From: Heterodontus francisci
Taxonomy: Eukaryota
DNA: 64,000 nt
Direction: 5' to 3'
NCBI RefSeq assembly: GCF_036365525.1
Contig: NC_090417.1
Span: forward strand, 2,342,832 to 2,406,831
Shown: piece by piece, positions 24,601-35,380 of the stretch
Layout: each line of letters starts with the position of its first letter
How positions within the stretch are numbered: position 1 is the first letter of the stretch
Notes under the pieces: generated by a model
What the model was told of the DNA's origin: nothing
The model's database searches: none
The model's input: the letters and a program-made list of their open reading frames with translations, nothing else
Made by a program: the position numbers and the translations under genes

Positions 24601-27600
24601 CTCCTAGCAGAATAGGGACACAGCTAAACACAGGAAAGCGAACAAGTCAGAGGGAATACAGCAGAAGTAAATTTCAAGGGAGCAAGACCAGGATAGAAGG
24701 CCTCTACTTTAATTCCAGGAGTATTGCAGGTAAAACGATGAGTTAAGGGCAATGATTGACACGTGGAATTGTGATATAGTAGCCATCACGGAGACATGGT
24801 TGAGGGAGGGGCAGGATTGGGAGCTCAATATCCCGGGATATAGAATCTTCAGGCGAGACAGAGGAGGGGGCATTGCAATATTAGTTAGAGTCAGTTACTG
24901 CAGTAAGGAGAGATGATCTCTTGGAGGGGGCATCAAATGAAGCTTTATGGGTAGAGTTTAGGAATAAAAAAGGGACAGCCACATTGCTAGGTGTTTATTA
25001 TAGACCCCCAGATAGTCAGCGGGAAATTGAGGAGCAATTATGTGCACAATTTGCAGAGGTGTGTAAAAATAATAGGGTAATTATATTAGGTGATTTCAAC
25101 TTTCCCAACATTAATTGGGATAGTCATTGTGTTAAGGGCTTAGATGGAGTGGAGTTCTTAAAATGTATACAGGAGAACTTTTTAGCTCAATATGTAGAGG
25201 ATCCAACAAGGGAGGGTGCAGTGCTGGACCTAATTCTGGGGAATGAAGCCGGACAGGTGGTTGACGTGTTGGTGGGGCAGCATTTTGGTGATAGCGACCA
25301 CAACATGGTACAATTTAAGCTTGTTATGGAGAAAGAAATAGACAAGTTGCAAAAAAAGGTTTTTGGATTGGGGGAGAGCGAATTTTAGTAAAATAAGGCA
25401 GGATCTGGCCAAAGTAGACTGGAAAGAGTTACTTGTCGGGAAATGTACAGAAGAGCAGTGGGGGGCATTCAAAAAGGAAATAGGGAGGGTACAGGCCCAA
25501 CATGTTCCCTCTGGGGTAATAGGTAGGAGCAACAAGCCCAGAGAACCATGGATGACCAGAAACATTCAGGGTACGATGAGAAGGAAAAGAGAGGCTTTTA
25601 GCAAATACAAGGAGAGCAAATCAATGGAAGCATTAGTGGAATACAGAAAGTGTAGGATGGAGCTTAAGAAAGCAATTCGGAGAGCAAAGAGGGGATATGA
25701 GACAGCTCTGGCTGGTAAATGTGGGGAAAATCCCAAGATATTCTATAAGTCTATCAATGGGAAGAGGATAACCAGGGAAAGAGTAGGACCCATTAGGGAC
25801 CAAGGGGGAAATCTGTGGGTGGAGCCAGAGGACATTCTTAGGGTGTTGAACGAATACTTCACATTTGTCTTCAACCAAGAGAAAGAGGATGTAGATATGG
25901 AACTTAGAGAGACTGTGAGGTTCTTGATCAAATTGACATAGGGAGTGACAAGGTATTGGAGGTTTTGGAAGGCTTAAATGTGGACAAATCTCCAGATCCG
26001 GACGATTTGTGTCCCAGGATGCTGTGGGAGGTGAGGGTGGAGATTGCAGGGGCTCTGACCCTAATTTTTAATTCCTCTCTGGCCACGGGGGAGGTGCCAG
26101 AGGACTGGAGAACAGCTAATGTGGTCCCACTATTTAAGAAAGGTTGTAGAGATAAGCCAGGGAACTACAGACCAGTGAGTCTCACGTCAGTGGTAGGGAA
26201 ACTATTGGAGAAAATTCTGAAGGAGGGAATCTATCTCCACTTGGAGAGGCAAAATTTGATTAGGAATAGTCAGCATGGCTTTGTCAGAGGGAGGTCATGC
26301 CTAACAAATTTGATTGAATTTTTTGAGCATGTGACCAGGTGTGTAGATGAGGGTCGTGCAGTTGATGTAGTTTACATGGATTTCAGCAAAGCCTTTGACA
26401 ATGTCCCACATGGGAGACTTATCAAGAAAGCAAATGCACATGGGATACAAGGTAACTTGATAAGGTGGATTCAAAATTGGCTTAGCTGTAGGAGACAGAG
26501 AGTGATGACAGACAGCTGTTTTAGTGACTGGAAGCCAGTGTCTAGTGGCGTACCACAGGGATCTGTGCTGGGTCCCCTATTGTTTGTCATTTATATAAAC
26601 GACATAGATGACTATGTGGGGGGTAGGATCAGTAAGTTCGCGGATGACACAAAGATTGGCCGAGTGGTTAACAGTGAGGTGGAGTGTCTTAGGTTACAGG
26701 AAGATATAGACGGGATGGTCAAATGGGCAGAAAAGTGGCAGATGGAATTTAACCCTGAAAAGTGTGAGGTGATACACTTTGGAAGGAGTAATGTGGGCCT
26801 GACACTGGGAAGTTCTGAGGAACAAAGGGACCTTGGCGTGTTTGTCCATAGATCTCTGAAGGCAGAAGGGCAGGTTAATAGGATGGTGAAAAAGGCATAT
26901 GGGACACTTACCTTTATCAATCGAGGCATAGATTACAAAAGCAGGGAGGTCATGTTGGAGTTATATAGAACTTTGGTAAGGCCACAGCTGGAGTACTGTG
27001 TGCAATTCTGGTCGCCACATTATAGGAAGGATGTGATTGCATTGGAGGGGGTGCAGAGGCGATTCACCAGGATGTTGCCTGGGATGGAACATTTAAGCCT
27101 TGAAGAGAGGTTGGATAGGCTTGGGTTGTTTTCGCTGGAGCAGAGAAGACTGAGGGGTGACCTGATTGAGGTTTACAAGATTATGAGGGTCATGGACAGG
27201 GTGGATAGGGAGCAGCTGTTCCCCTTAGTTGAAGGGTCAGTTACGAGGGGTCACAAGTTGAAGGTGAGGGGCGGGAGGTTTAAGGGGGATTTGAGGAAGA
27301 ACTATTTTACCCAGAGGGTGGTGACAGGCTGGAATGCCCTGCCTGGGAGAGTGGTAGAGGCGGGTTGCCTCACATCCTTTAAAAAGTACCTGGATGAGCA
27401 CTTGGCACGTCATAACATTCAAGGCTAAGGGCCAAGTGCTGGCAAATGGGATTAGGTAGACAGGTTTTAATGCATCAGTGCAGACTCGAAGGGCCTCTTC
27501 TGCACTGTATTATTCTGTGATTCTGAGTTGGATGACAACAGTATCGAGCTTTCTCTATTTATTTATTGATGGCCTCCCCAGGCATCCTTCCTCTGCTCTG

Positions 27601-27993
27601 TCCAGTCACACCTCTGAGGACTGGCCATTGGGGTAAGACAGGAAACTGACCAGTGCTTGGGGAACCATAACCCAGTGATTTAGTGGGTGCAAGAGGTGGG
27701 GGAGAAAATTTGGGAGTGGGGGTGGGTGGTGGTGATGGAGTAGAATTAAAGCAGGTCAGGTGGACAGAAAGATGAATTGCTTTAGGGTGACTGGGCTGCA
27801 ATGTGGAGCAGCCATCAATTTTCAGTCTGATCAGAGGGGAGGATGATCTAATGTATGCTCTTGATTTTTAAGCTCTGCCTTTGAGGGTCTGCGAGCGATA
27901 ACTCAGATGGACTTGGAACTGGCCTTGGAGAAGATGAAGGAATCAAAGGCAGGAGCTGGCACTCAGATGCTGCAAGATACTCCTGTGGACTGA
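13063..27993 (+). CDS. atad1: ATAD1/Msp1 (Thorase) outer-membrane AAA+ dislocase, atad1a-type paralogue, 380 aa, 9 coding exons
   Basis: join(13063-13242,13697-13795,16397-16517,21325-21525,21907-22013,22439-22528,22731-22781,22903-23075,27873-27993) = 1143 nt, open throughout, all GT-AG; N-terminal TM segment, Walker A GPPGCGKT, pore loop KWYGE, Walker [26 protein letters not shown]. Confidence 0.96.
13697..13795 (+). CDS. atad1: ATAD1 exon 3: [33 protein letters not shown]
   Basis: caacag| acceptor, AAG|GTGAG donor, 99 nt; too short for the ORF track. Confidence 0.95.
14240..15180 (+). mobile_element. Degenerate CR1 LINE 3' portion
   Basis: ORF 14366-14662 ([17 protein letters not shown]...PHLEYCVQF); CR1 3' UTR. 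Confidence 0.9.
15540..16170. mobile_element. Probable non-autonomous DNA transposon (MITE-like)
   Basis: Degenerate inverted ends (gaatcttaactcccaaaagtgggtgg / acccgcttccaggctaaagtcc) and internal palindrome gtttccc...gggaaac. Confidence 0.35.
16397..16517 (+). CDS. atad1: ATAD1 exon 4: [40 protein letters not shown]
   Basis: ctgcag| acceptor, AAG|GTGAAA donor, 121 nt. Confidence 0.95.
16684..16862. repeat. Tandem repeat, about 65-bp unit x ~3
   Basis: Unit gggttagatacagagtaaagctccctctacactgtcccatcaaacactcccagggca repeated with divergence. Confidence 0.8.
16943..18952 (-). mobile_element. Neptune-type Penelope-like element, left arm (5'-truncated RT plus GIY-YIG, 3' pLTR)
   Basis: ORF 17486-18964: [33 protein letters not shown] Zn motif, VVYCIRC...YIGET; premature stop near the C-terminus. 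Confidence 0.95.
17040..17076 (-). ncRNA. Hammerhead motif (CCGAAGA core variant), antisense to ATAD1
   Basis: Exact reverse complement of 20815-20851. Confidence 0.55.
18969..20907 (+). mobile_element. Neptune-type Penelope-like element, right arm; ORF open to the natural stop
   Basis: ORF 19095-20459 (454 aa, RT plus GIY-YIG); inverted copy of the left arm; direct repeat CTTGAGCTGTCAGT at 16929-16942 and 20908-20921. Confidence 0.95.
20815..20851 (+). ncRNA. Hammerhead motif (CCGAAGA core variant), sense to ATAD1
   Basis: AGTT-CCGAAGA-A-GGGTC-ACT-GACCC-GAAAC-GTT-AACT; U4 replaced by C. Confidence 0.55.
21020..21175 (+). mobile_element. CR1 3' tail fragment
   Basis: ggagcaggctcgaggggccgaatggcc...tcctatttcctatg tail. 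Confidence 0.75.
21325..21525 (+). CDS. atad1: ATAD1 exon 5 (Walker A, pore loop 1, Walker B)
   Basis: [13 protein letters not shown]...KWYGESQKL...CIIFIDEI; aacag| and TAG|GTAGG; 201 nt. Confidence 0.97.
21621..21666. repeat. (TA)23 microsatellite
   Basis: Perfect dinucleotide run. Confidence 0.98.
21907..22013 (+). CDS. atad1: ATAD1 exon 6: [36 protein letters not shown]
   Basis: cgctag| and CAG|GTAAAT; 107 nt. Confidence 0.97.
22439..22528 (+). CDS. atad1: ATAD1 exon 7: [30 protein letters not shown]
   Basis: ctgtag| and CCC|GTGAGT; 90 nt; sensor 1 and arginine fingers. Confidence 0.97.
22731..22781 (+). CDS. atad1: ATAD1 exon 8: [17 protein letters not shown]
   Basis: ctacag| and AGT|GTACGT; 51 nt. 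Confidence 0.93.
22903..23075 (+). CDS. atad1: ATAD1 exon 9: [30 protein letters not shown]...LQLDDYEE
   Basis: ttccag| and AAG|GTGCCT (weak, phase 2); 173 nt. Confidence 0.92.
23360..23720 (-). mobile_element. HE1-like V-SINE (tRNA-derived), full length
   Basis: A box TGGCGCAGTGG (23708-23698), B box GGTTCAATTC (23664-23655), V-domain core GGGTTTCCTCCGGGTGCTCCGGTTTCCTCCCACA, CR1-like 3' tail with short repeats. Confidence 0.9.
24178..27525 (+). mobile_element. Near-full-length CR1 LINE (ORF1 SGNH-esterase part plus ORF2), disrupted
   Basis: [11 protein letters not shown] at ~24230; ORF2 pieces 24921-25388, 25363-25941 and 25956-27428 (490 aa RT, SKFADD); tail attctgtgattctg. Confidence 0.95.
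27873..27993 (+). CDS. atad1: ATAD1 exon 10 (last coding): [39 protein letters not shown]
   Basis: ttgatttttaag| acceptor in the required phase; matches the ATAD1 C-terminal helix (RPxxQxDL..AxEKMKxSK...xxD*); not in the ORF track. Confidence 0.92.
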
Positions 27994-28744
27994 GCAAAGC
28001 ACACATTGAGCAACACTGACCGATGGGTTTACTTGTGCAAGTCACTTTCATTTGCTTTAAAGGCAGTTCTGTAGACTTCTTGTTTATGGTTAAGTTGCAC
28101 AAATGGGGTACCGTTCCTTCATGAGATTGGACTGCAGGTGTTGCTGAGCAATCGCCAACTCATTGTCTCTCTCTGACAATTGGAAACTCCCATTACTGGC
28201 TTCAAGAAAGGGAATACAAGAAACTGAAAATGTGTGTGTGCTGAGAGTTCAGTGACTCAGCTGTGTATCTGGTTCAAGCCCCGTTTGGTCTGTGGTTAGT
28301 TGTACAACCATGGATTTCTGTAGTTGTTTTCTCACCCAATAAGGGTGACACCTACTTCAATGGAGAGCTGTTAAATAACTAAACGTGACGGTGGCTCTGC
28401 TGTATTTTCCCATTCCTGCAGTGCTGAGTCTCACTGGGGTGCAGTATCACAAGTAACAGACGATTACTGCCTCACCAAAGTTATCTTTTCTCAGTGGTGA
28501 GCTGGGGGCAGTGAATGTCGTCATGCTATTTTGCTGCTGCGTAGGTGGCGCAGCCTGGCTAAGTCTTGTGTCTCAAGGGCTGCTCAATAATAGGAGCAGG
28601 AATTCTTAGCTATTTCTGTGCTCCCCGTCCTTCCATGCACTTCCCACCCTACCCCTCAGTGCTCTTACAAGGTGCTTCATAAATCTCTTGTTTTACCAAC
28701 TGAGCCGCCATGAGAGCTGGTTTCAGGTTTTGCGTCTCCAACAA

Positions 28745-29170
28745 AGCATCAGCTGGGTAGCACTCTACTCTCTTCTGAGTCGGTAGGCCGTGGGTTCAAG
28801 TCCCACTGCGGAGACTTAAGCACATAATCCAGGCTGGCACTTCAGTTCAGCACTGAGGGAGTGCTGCAGTGTCAGAAGTGCCATCTTTCTCATGAGATAT
28901 TAAACCGAGACGCTGTCTGCCGCCTGAAGTGGATGCAGTAGATCCCACGGCAATATTCACAGACTCCCAGCCAACATTTATCCTTCAACCAACACATAAA
29001 AACAGCTAATGTGGTCATTTATCTGTTTGTGGGAGCTTGCTGTGTGCAAATTGGCTGCCCCATATCCTACATTACGACAGTGACTACACTACAAAAGTAC
29101 TTCTTTGGCCGTAAAGTGCATTAGGATGCCCTGAGGACATGAAAGGTGCTAGATAATTACAAGTCCTTTC
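28745..29170 (+). mobile_element. SacSINE1-like Deu-SINE
   Basis: tRNA-like head with B box GGTTCAAGTCC, central domain (ctgagggagtgctgc...taaaccgag...gatccca) and L2-like tail (cagtgactacact...aaaggtgcta). Confidence 0.8.
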
Positions 29171-29614
29171 TAATAACTGACATTAATTCTAAGTTCAAAT
29201 TAATTAAATATTTTCCTCTTGGATAACACCATAAGAAATTGCCAACCACTGCTTCACTTTCATTTGTTATCCGTATGTACAATATGCTCCATGATCATGA
29301 GATGGGGACGATAATGCAGCCCATTTTGTTTCAGTCATCTAGAAAATGCTACTGTCCCCTGCCACAGCATCCCAACTGTTTTTAAGTGCCTCCAGTATCA
29401 CACCCAAAATTACAGATCACTCTTTGCAAGAAGAGTTTGGTGACATCCTTCCTGGATTTCTGTGTCTCTCGTTTCAGTCTGTGACACCCTGTTCGAGTGT
29501 GAACAGCTGATCTCTGTCAGGGAGACAGAGAGTGGCACCACGTGGGCCCCAGTGCCATGAGAATGGCAGGGAGTGAAAAATATGCCAGCATTTCTGCTAC
29601 TGATCTCGATCCTT

Positions 29615-30370
29615 TTACATAGAATTTACAGCACCAGAACAGGCCATTCGTCTATGCCGGTGTTTGGCCTCCTTTCACCCGACTTCATCTCAGCCTGCCA
29701 GCATCGCTCATCTTCCATTCTGCCTCATGCGCTTATCTAGCTTACCCTCAAATGCATCTATGCTAATCATCTCAACTACTCCTTGTGGCAGTGCGTTCCA
29801 CTTTCTAACCATCCTCTGGGTAAAGAAGTTTCTGCTGAATTCGCTATTCGATTCATTAATGACTGTGTCATATTTATGGCCCCTAGTTCTGGTCTGTTTC
29901 ACAAATGGAAGCATTTTCTCTGCATTTACCATATCAAACCCTTTCATTATTTTAAAGATCTCTATCACTTCACCTCTCAGCCTTCTCTCTTCCAGAGAAA
30001 AGAACTCCAGCCAAGTTCCATTGATATTCATAGTTGTATCCTCTCAGTTCTGGTATCATTCTTGTATGTCTTTTTTTACACTCTGCAGTGTATCTTTGTC
30101 CTGTTTGTAATATGGAGACCTGAACTGTGGTCTAACCCAAGTTCTAAATAACTTCAACATAACTTCTCTGTTTGTGAATTCTATTCCTCTAAAATGAATC
30201 GCAGTCTTGTTTACACAATTTTTATGGCCTTGTTGACATGTGTTACTACTTTTGGATTTTTGTGAACCTGTGCACCGAAATCCTTATGTGCCTGTACTTC
30301 AAACTCCTATTTTCCATGGGGTATGTGGCCTCCTGATTCCTCTGACCAAAATGGCCACCTCACACTTGCG
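29615..30370 (-). mobile_element. Degenerate CR1 3' portion
   Basis: ORF 29708-30031 (FSLEERRLRG...FFTQRMVRKWNALP). Confidence 0.85.
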
Positions 30371-32329
30371 TATTCTGCCCAACACTCACTCTGTAAGCTC
30401 ACGCATATAAAAATGATTAGTTTGATGAAGTACTGGAGGATGACCGGTACTGCAGCTAGCGTCAACGTCTTCAGAGAGGGGCAGTGGAAATAGAGAATTG
30501 CAAATCCGTTCACTGAAGGATGTGTTTTTTTTTTAAGTGGTCTTACCTGTGCATCTGATGGATGAAACTTGTTTGTCCTGTCTTCAAACTCTGACAGTAG
30601 GACCAGTCCCATGGCTTCAAACTCTGGAAAGACATATTTAGAATTGATGTCAGGAAGTGCTTTACATAAGCAGTGACCAGGACATAATATTAATACTATG
30701 ATGGTGAGGGGGTTAATTCTGCAACGCTAATGAAAGGATGAGCTAAAATAGGCTGAATGCACTTCCTTATCTGTATCCGTTCTGTGGCTTTTAAAAAAGG
30801 AAAAGGTTAAACGGTAGTTTCCATAGGTCTCTCTTATGCAAAAAGTGCACTGCTGAGTCTCCTTGTGTACAAGCAACGATGTGCAGTTTCAGCATACACA
30901 AGAAAAACATTGATTTTTATATTAAAACAAAAAGCTGGAACAAAGGATTTTTTCATCTTTTAATTTTAACCAGCAAAAGCCATTCTTGAGGGCTTCATCT
31001 TGTACAGGTCTTAAGCCTTCTTTGTAGGTGTTCTGTAGCCTGCAGCGCAAGCAAATCCTGCCACCAGCCAACTCAATAGGAGGAAAGCTATTTGCCAATT
31101 CAGAAAACTCGTGTGAGTATAATAGAACAAGGCCAAACAGGAAAAGAAGATCACATGCAACAAGAATGGAAGGAAAGAAAGATGTGATTTTGTTGCCTGA
31201 ATCGGTTATTGTGCAGTTAACATTTTTACTTTTCCACACGATAAATTGGATTTCCGAATTTCAAACTAAACTTTAACCAACAACAACAGCTGATTCTGAA
31301 GGCACACGCAAGATGTCCAGATCATTTCATGAAGACTTGAGTTCTATCATGAGACCTTAGTGTAAGCTGATTTACCTTCACAATGTTTTTTTTATTAATT
31401 TATTAATTTTAATGTTAATTTCTGATGAGGTGGACTGCAAAAATATCTTTCGATGCAAGGAGTGTTCAAAACTCAATTTGATGGGCATGGTTTTATTTTG
31501 TCCAGTTTCCTCTTTCTCCTCTCCTGAACAAATGTCTTTCTGGTTCTGAAGACTCCAGCAGCTTTTGGTACAACTACCTTCAGGAGAAGAAGGGGGGGAA
31601 AAAGAAATGCTTCTGGCCATGAAATTGAGTCCTCCAATGAGGCACCACTTGGGACTGTATCAAAATAAGAGTACTTCTGCAATAATTGCTATCTGTATAT
31701 ACAGAACTTGAGTAGGAACGCTTTTTATTGCTAGTGATAATTTATTGTTTCAGGTCTATATAATTTGACATCATTGACCATTGCACAGTGGGTAGGAGAG
31801 GGAAACTTAGTTTTGATTGGCTTGTCTGTTACAAGTATTGAAGTTGACTGTTGTTGTCAGCCAGCTTAGGTTTTACTTAGATTTCTGGTAAATTACCACC
31901 ATGAGATATTGTAAAGAGATGTGAAATAAACAGATCTCAATCTTAATGTTGCTTAAGTCATTTTTGTTTTAAACCGACAGATTATCCGTGGTGTTGCTTG
32001 TGGTAAACTGAAGGACAGGAGCATTATACAATGTAATAGGCAATGTATTATTCAGTGCTAACCTGACATGTTTTTTTCAGGCCATAATATTCAATTGCTG
32101 TGAACAGGTATACCCTGTATGACATTTAGAGGGTAAATAGCCTTTAAACACATCATGAGGCCAATTAGAGGACATTAGCTTTGTCTGGAAATTTGTAAAT
32201 CCCCGGCTTCTTCCTAAGGTCCAAAGAAACCAGTAAGTAATGTCTGAATTTCTTGTATGATTTTTATTATATGATAAAAGGGACATAGAAATGCGTAGCA
32301 GGCTGCAATCAGAACACATCAATTTAGTT

Positions 32330-32640
32330 TATAAAGTGCATTTAGCTCAGTAAAATTACCCCAAGACGCTTAACAAAAGCAATATCAATAAAACATTTTT
32401 GGCACTGAGCCACAGAAGAAGAAATCGGAACAGCTGACTAACAGCGTGACCCAAGAGAGAAGTTTGAGGAGCATCCTGGGAGAGTGCAGTAGAGAGGCGG
32501 AGAGGTTTAGGAGAGCTTGGGGCCAAGGCAACTGAAAGCACACCTACTGGTGGTGGAGCCGTTAAAATTGGTGATGCGCAGGAGGCTAGAGTTAGAGGAG
32601 TGCAAATATTTTGGAGGATTGTGGGACTGGAGGAGAAGAT
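32330..32640 (-). mobile_element. L2 3' fragment
   Basis: Reverse complement of the L2 3' end seen at 39870-40290. Confidence 0.7.
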
Positions 32641-33470
32641 AGCACAGCTGTCGACTCCAGAATATCATCAATGGTTTGCTTGAGTGGGTGGAAAAGTGGC
32701 AAATGGAATTCAATCTGGAGAAGTGTGAGGTAATGCATTTGGGGAGGGCAAACAAAGCAAGGGAATACACAATAAACGTGAGGATATCGAGAGGGGTACA
32801 AGAAGTGAGAGACCTTGAAGTGCATGTCCACAGGTCCCTGAAAGTGGCAGAACAGATAGATAGAGTGGTGAAAAGGCATATGGAATGCTTTCCCTTATTG
32901 GCTGAGGTACAGAATACAAAAGCAGGGATGTAACGTGTAATGCTGGAACTGTATAAAATGCTGGTTAGGCCACAGCTCGCGAGAGTACCCAAGAGATTTA
33001 CAAGAATGTTGCCAGGGATTGAAAGTTGCAGCTATGAGGGAAGATTGGATAGGCTAGGGTTGTTTTCCTTAAACAGAGGAGGCTGAGGGGTGACTTAATT
33101 GAGGTGTATAAAATTATGAGGGGCCGAGATAGAGTAGATAGGAAGGACCTGTTTCCCCTAGCAGAGAGGTCAATTACCAGGGGGTGCAGATTTAAGGTGA
33201 TTCGGGGAAGGATTAGAGGGGTCATGAGGAAAAACTTTTTCACTGAGGGTGGTGGGTGTCTGGAATTCACTGCCAGGAACCGTGGTGGAGGCAGAAACCT
33301 CAGCTGTTTGTAAAAGGTACCTGGACATGCATCTGAAGTGCTGTACCCTGCAAGGCTACGGACCAGGTGCTGGAAGGTGGAATTAGATTGGGCGGCTAGT
33401 TTTTTTCAGCCGGTGCAGACACAATGGGTTGAATGGCCTCCTGTGCCGTAATTTGTCAATGGTTCTGTGG
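32640..33470 (+). mobile_element. Degenerate CR1 3' portion
   Basis: ORFs 32676-32933 and 33104-33313. Confidence 0.85.
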
Positions 33471-33787
33471 GTATTGAGGTTGCATTTGATATGTGCTTCT
33501 TGTGTTGCACACTTGCAATGTGATTTCTTTTTCATACTTTGGTTCAAAGAGAAGGCATAGTATAAGTCAAGTGAGGTTGGCGACTAGGAAACTTACAATG
33601 AGAATCTACGGAGGGCTTAAGAAAACCAGCCATTCCTGAAAGGTTCTTCTGGCTGATCAATGAATAATAGGAATGATGATAAACCAATCAACTCACTCAA
33701 TATTTTTGGTAATATTTGACCATCACTTTCGTTGGTTACTGAAGTTTTGAATGCTCAGGATAAGGTTTGTAGCACACAAGTACATTC

Positions 33788-34722
33788 TGTCACGACCGAG
33801 GCAGGAGGAGTGCACCGTTTAATCTAGTTCCACTTCTCCACAGGTCGCAACGTATATTTTTTAATTTTCCCACTTACTGATACTGTCAGTCATATACTCT
33901 CTCTTTCCTAGAATAGAATGCACCAACCAGATTGCTTTAATGAACAAAAATTATCAGTTTATTATAGAACAAGTCTTAACTAGTAATGAAGTAAAGCAAA
34001 AACACACAGATTTTAAAGTCCCCTTTTTACCTTGGCCACTCATACTCACACACACATACACCAGTTAACCGGAAAAATAAAAGGCATTTTAAAAATTCAG
34101 AGCTCTGTTACAGACGAAAAAAAACACTTGGGCTGATAACTTGCTCATTTTTAAAGTAAACAGCAGATGAGATATGTTCCAAAACTGGCATACAGTCTAG
34201 TCTCCGAGTACACATAGGTCACTGGGATCTTTTAGAACAGTTCTTTACAGGCGGCTTTGAGAATTAATTTAGCTGGCTTTCTTCAAAGACAGGAGACGAG
34301 ATGAATTGATACAGTGGGCTTCTCAGGGTCTTTTAGAGATTCTGGAAAGTGAGATGGGTTGTGGGCTTCTCTCCTTCCTTCACTTCTTCAACAGCAGGCG
34401 AACTTTATCAGCCGCTCATTCCAGAAGGTAAAACACACTGACTCTGCAACCAAAAGCTTGTGAGTTTGCTGCCCTCTCAGGGGTACTCTGCTGCTGCCTG
34501 GGCTTGTCCAATCAAGGGGTGCACGACTGACTTCTCTGCCCATTTCTTCCCCTGTTACCAGGGTCTCTGTTCTACTTTTAACTTGAGTCATGTGACAACC
34601 AGTACACTGTTGCCAAACTAGTTCTTTCATTGCCCTTTTGGGGAAAATAATTGGTCCCACATTGATTCAGTTTGACTATGAATTTCACAAAAAATATTTT
34701 TTTTAAAGTTACTTCCATAACA
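33788..34722 (-). mobile_element. Putative solo LTR
   Basis: TGTCAC...ATAACA termini, flanks ATTC/ATTA (imperfect 4-bp TSD), TTTATT near 33958 (polyA signal on minus). Confidence 0.5.
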
Positions 34723-35380
34723 ATTAAAACATACAAGTTTGACAATACATGATTAAATGTTGTTCCCACTTACAACTGTGACTACACTTCAAAAGAATGT
34801 CATTGGCTTTAAAGTGCTTTGGGACAAACTGAGGTTGTGAAAGCTGCTAAATGACAGTCTAAGTGTAAAGCTGTGGTTTTGGGTATTCACTTAAGCCTTT
34901 ATCAGCCAAGGCTTAGATTTGGTATTGTTGTTCAGAGCTGTCACTCTTAATTGTGTGCAATTTGCTCAAATGTCTCAGTAGTATTTTGACAGGCCAATCT
35001 TCCTCTTCAGCCTCTGAACCTGCCTTTGGCTTTTCAAAATTTGAGAAGCTGAAGGAAGAATTTTGGGTAAAACTCATGTTTAATGGGAATTGGATCAGTT
35101 ATCCTTTTGGAATTCTGTACAACAAGGGTGATGGGGAAGAAGTCTGATAGACATAGCCTACTTGGACTTTCAGAAAGCCTCTGCAGAGGTACCTTACAAT
35201 AAATTGCTTCAGAGGATAGAATCTTGTGGTATCAGTAGTGATTTCAAACACTGGACTAGGAATTGGCTCCAACAACCCATCCCCTCCCCCACCCGCCCAA
35301 CCAAAGTTTTGTAGTGAATGACTGTTGTAATTAGTGAATGTTGTTGTTTAGCCTGGAGGCATGTTACTGATGGTGTATCC

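Noticed and set aside
25956-27428. 490-aa reverse transcriptase ORF as an active or domesticated gene
   Set aside because: Part of a CR1 whose upstream ORF2 and ORF1 have frameshifts and stops, with a deletion after HFGRSN
30922-31239. Minus-strand ORF containing LRPVQ and DLLFLFGL, resembling an ATAD1 C-terminus
   Set aside because: Wrong strand and motif order; the true last exon is 27873-27993 with correct phase
31925-31930. AATAAA as the ATAD1 polyadenylation signal
   Set aside because: Plausible but one of several candidates in AT-rich sequence; cannot be assigned without transcript data
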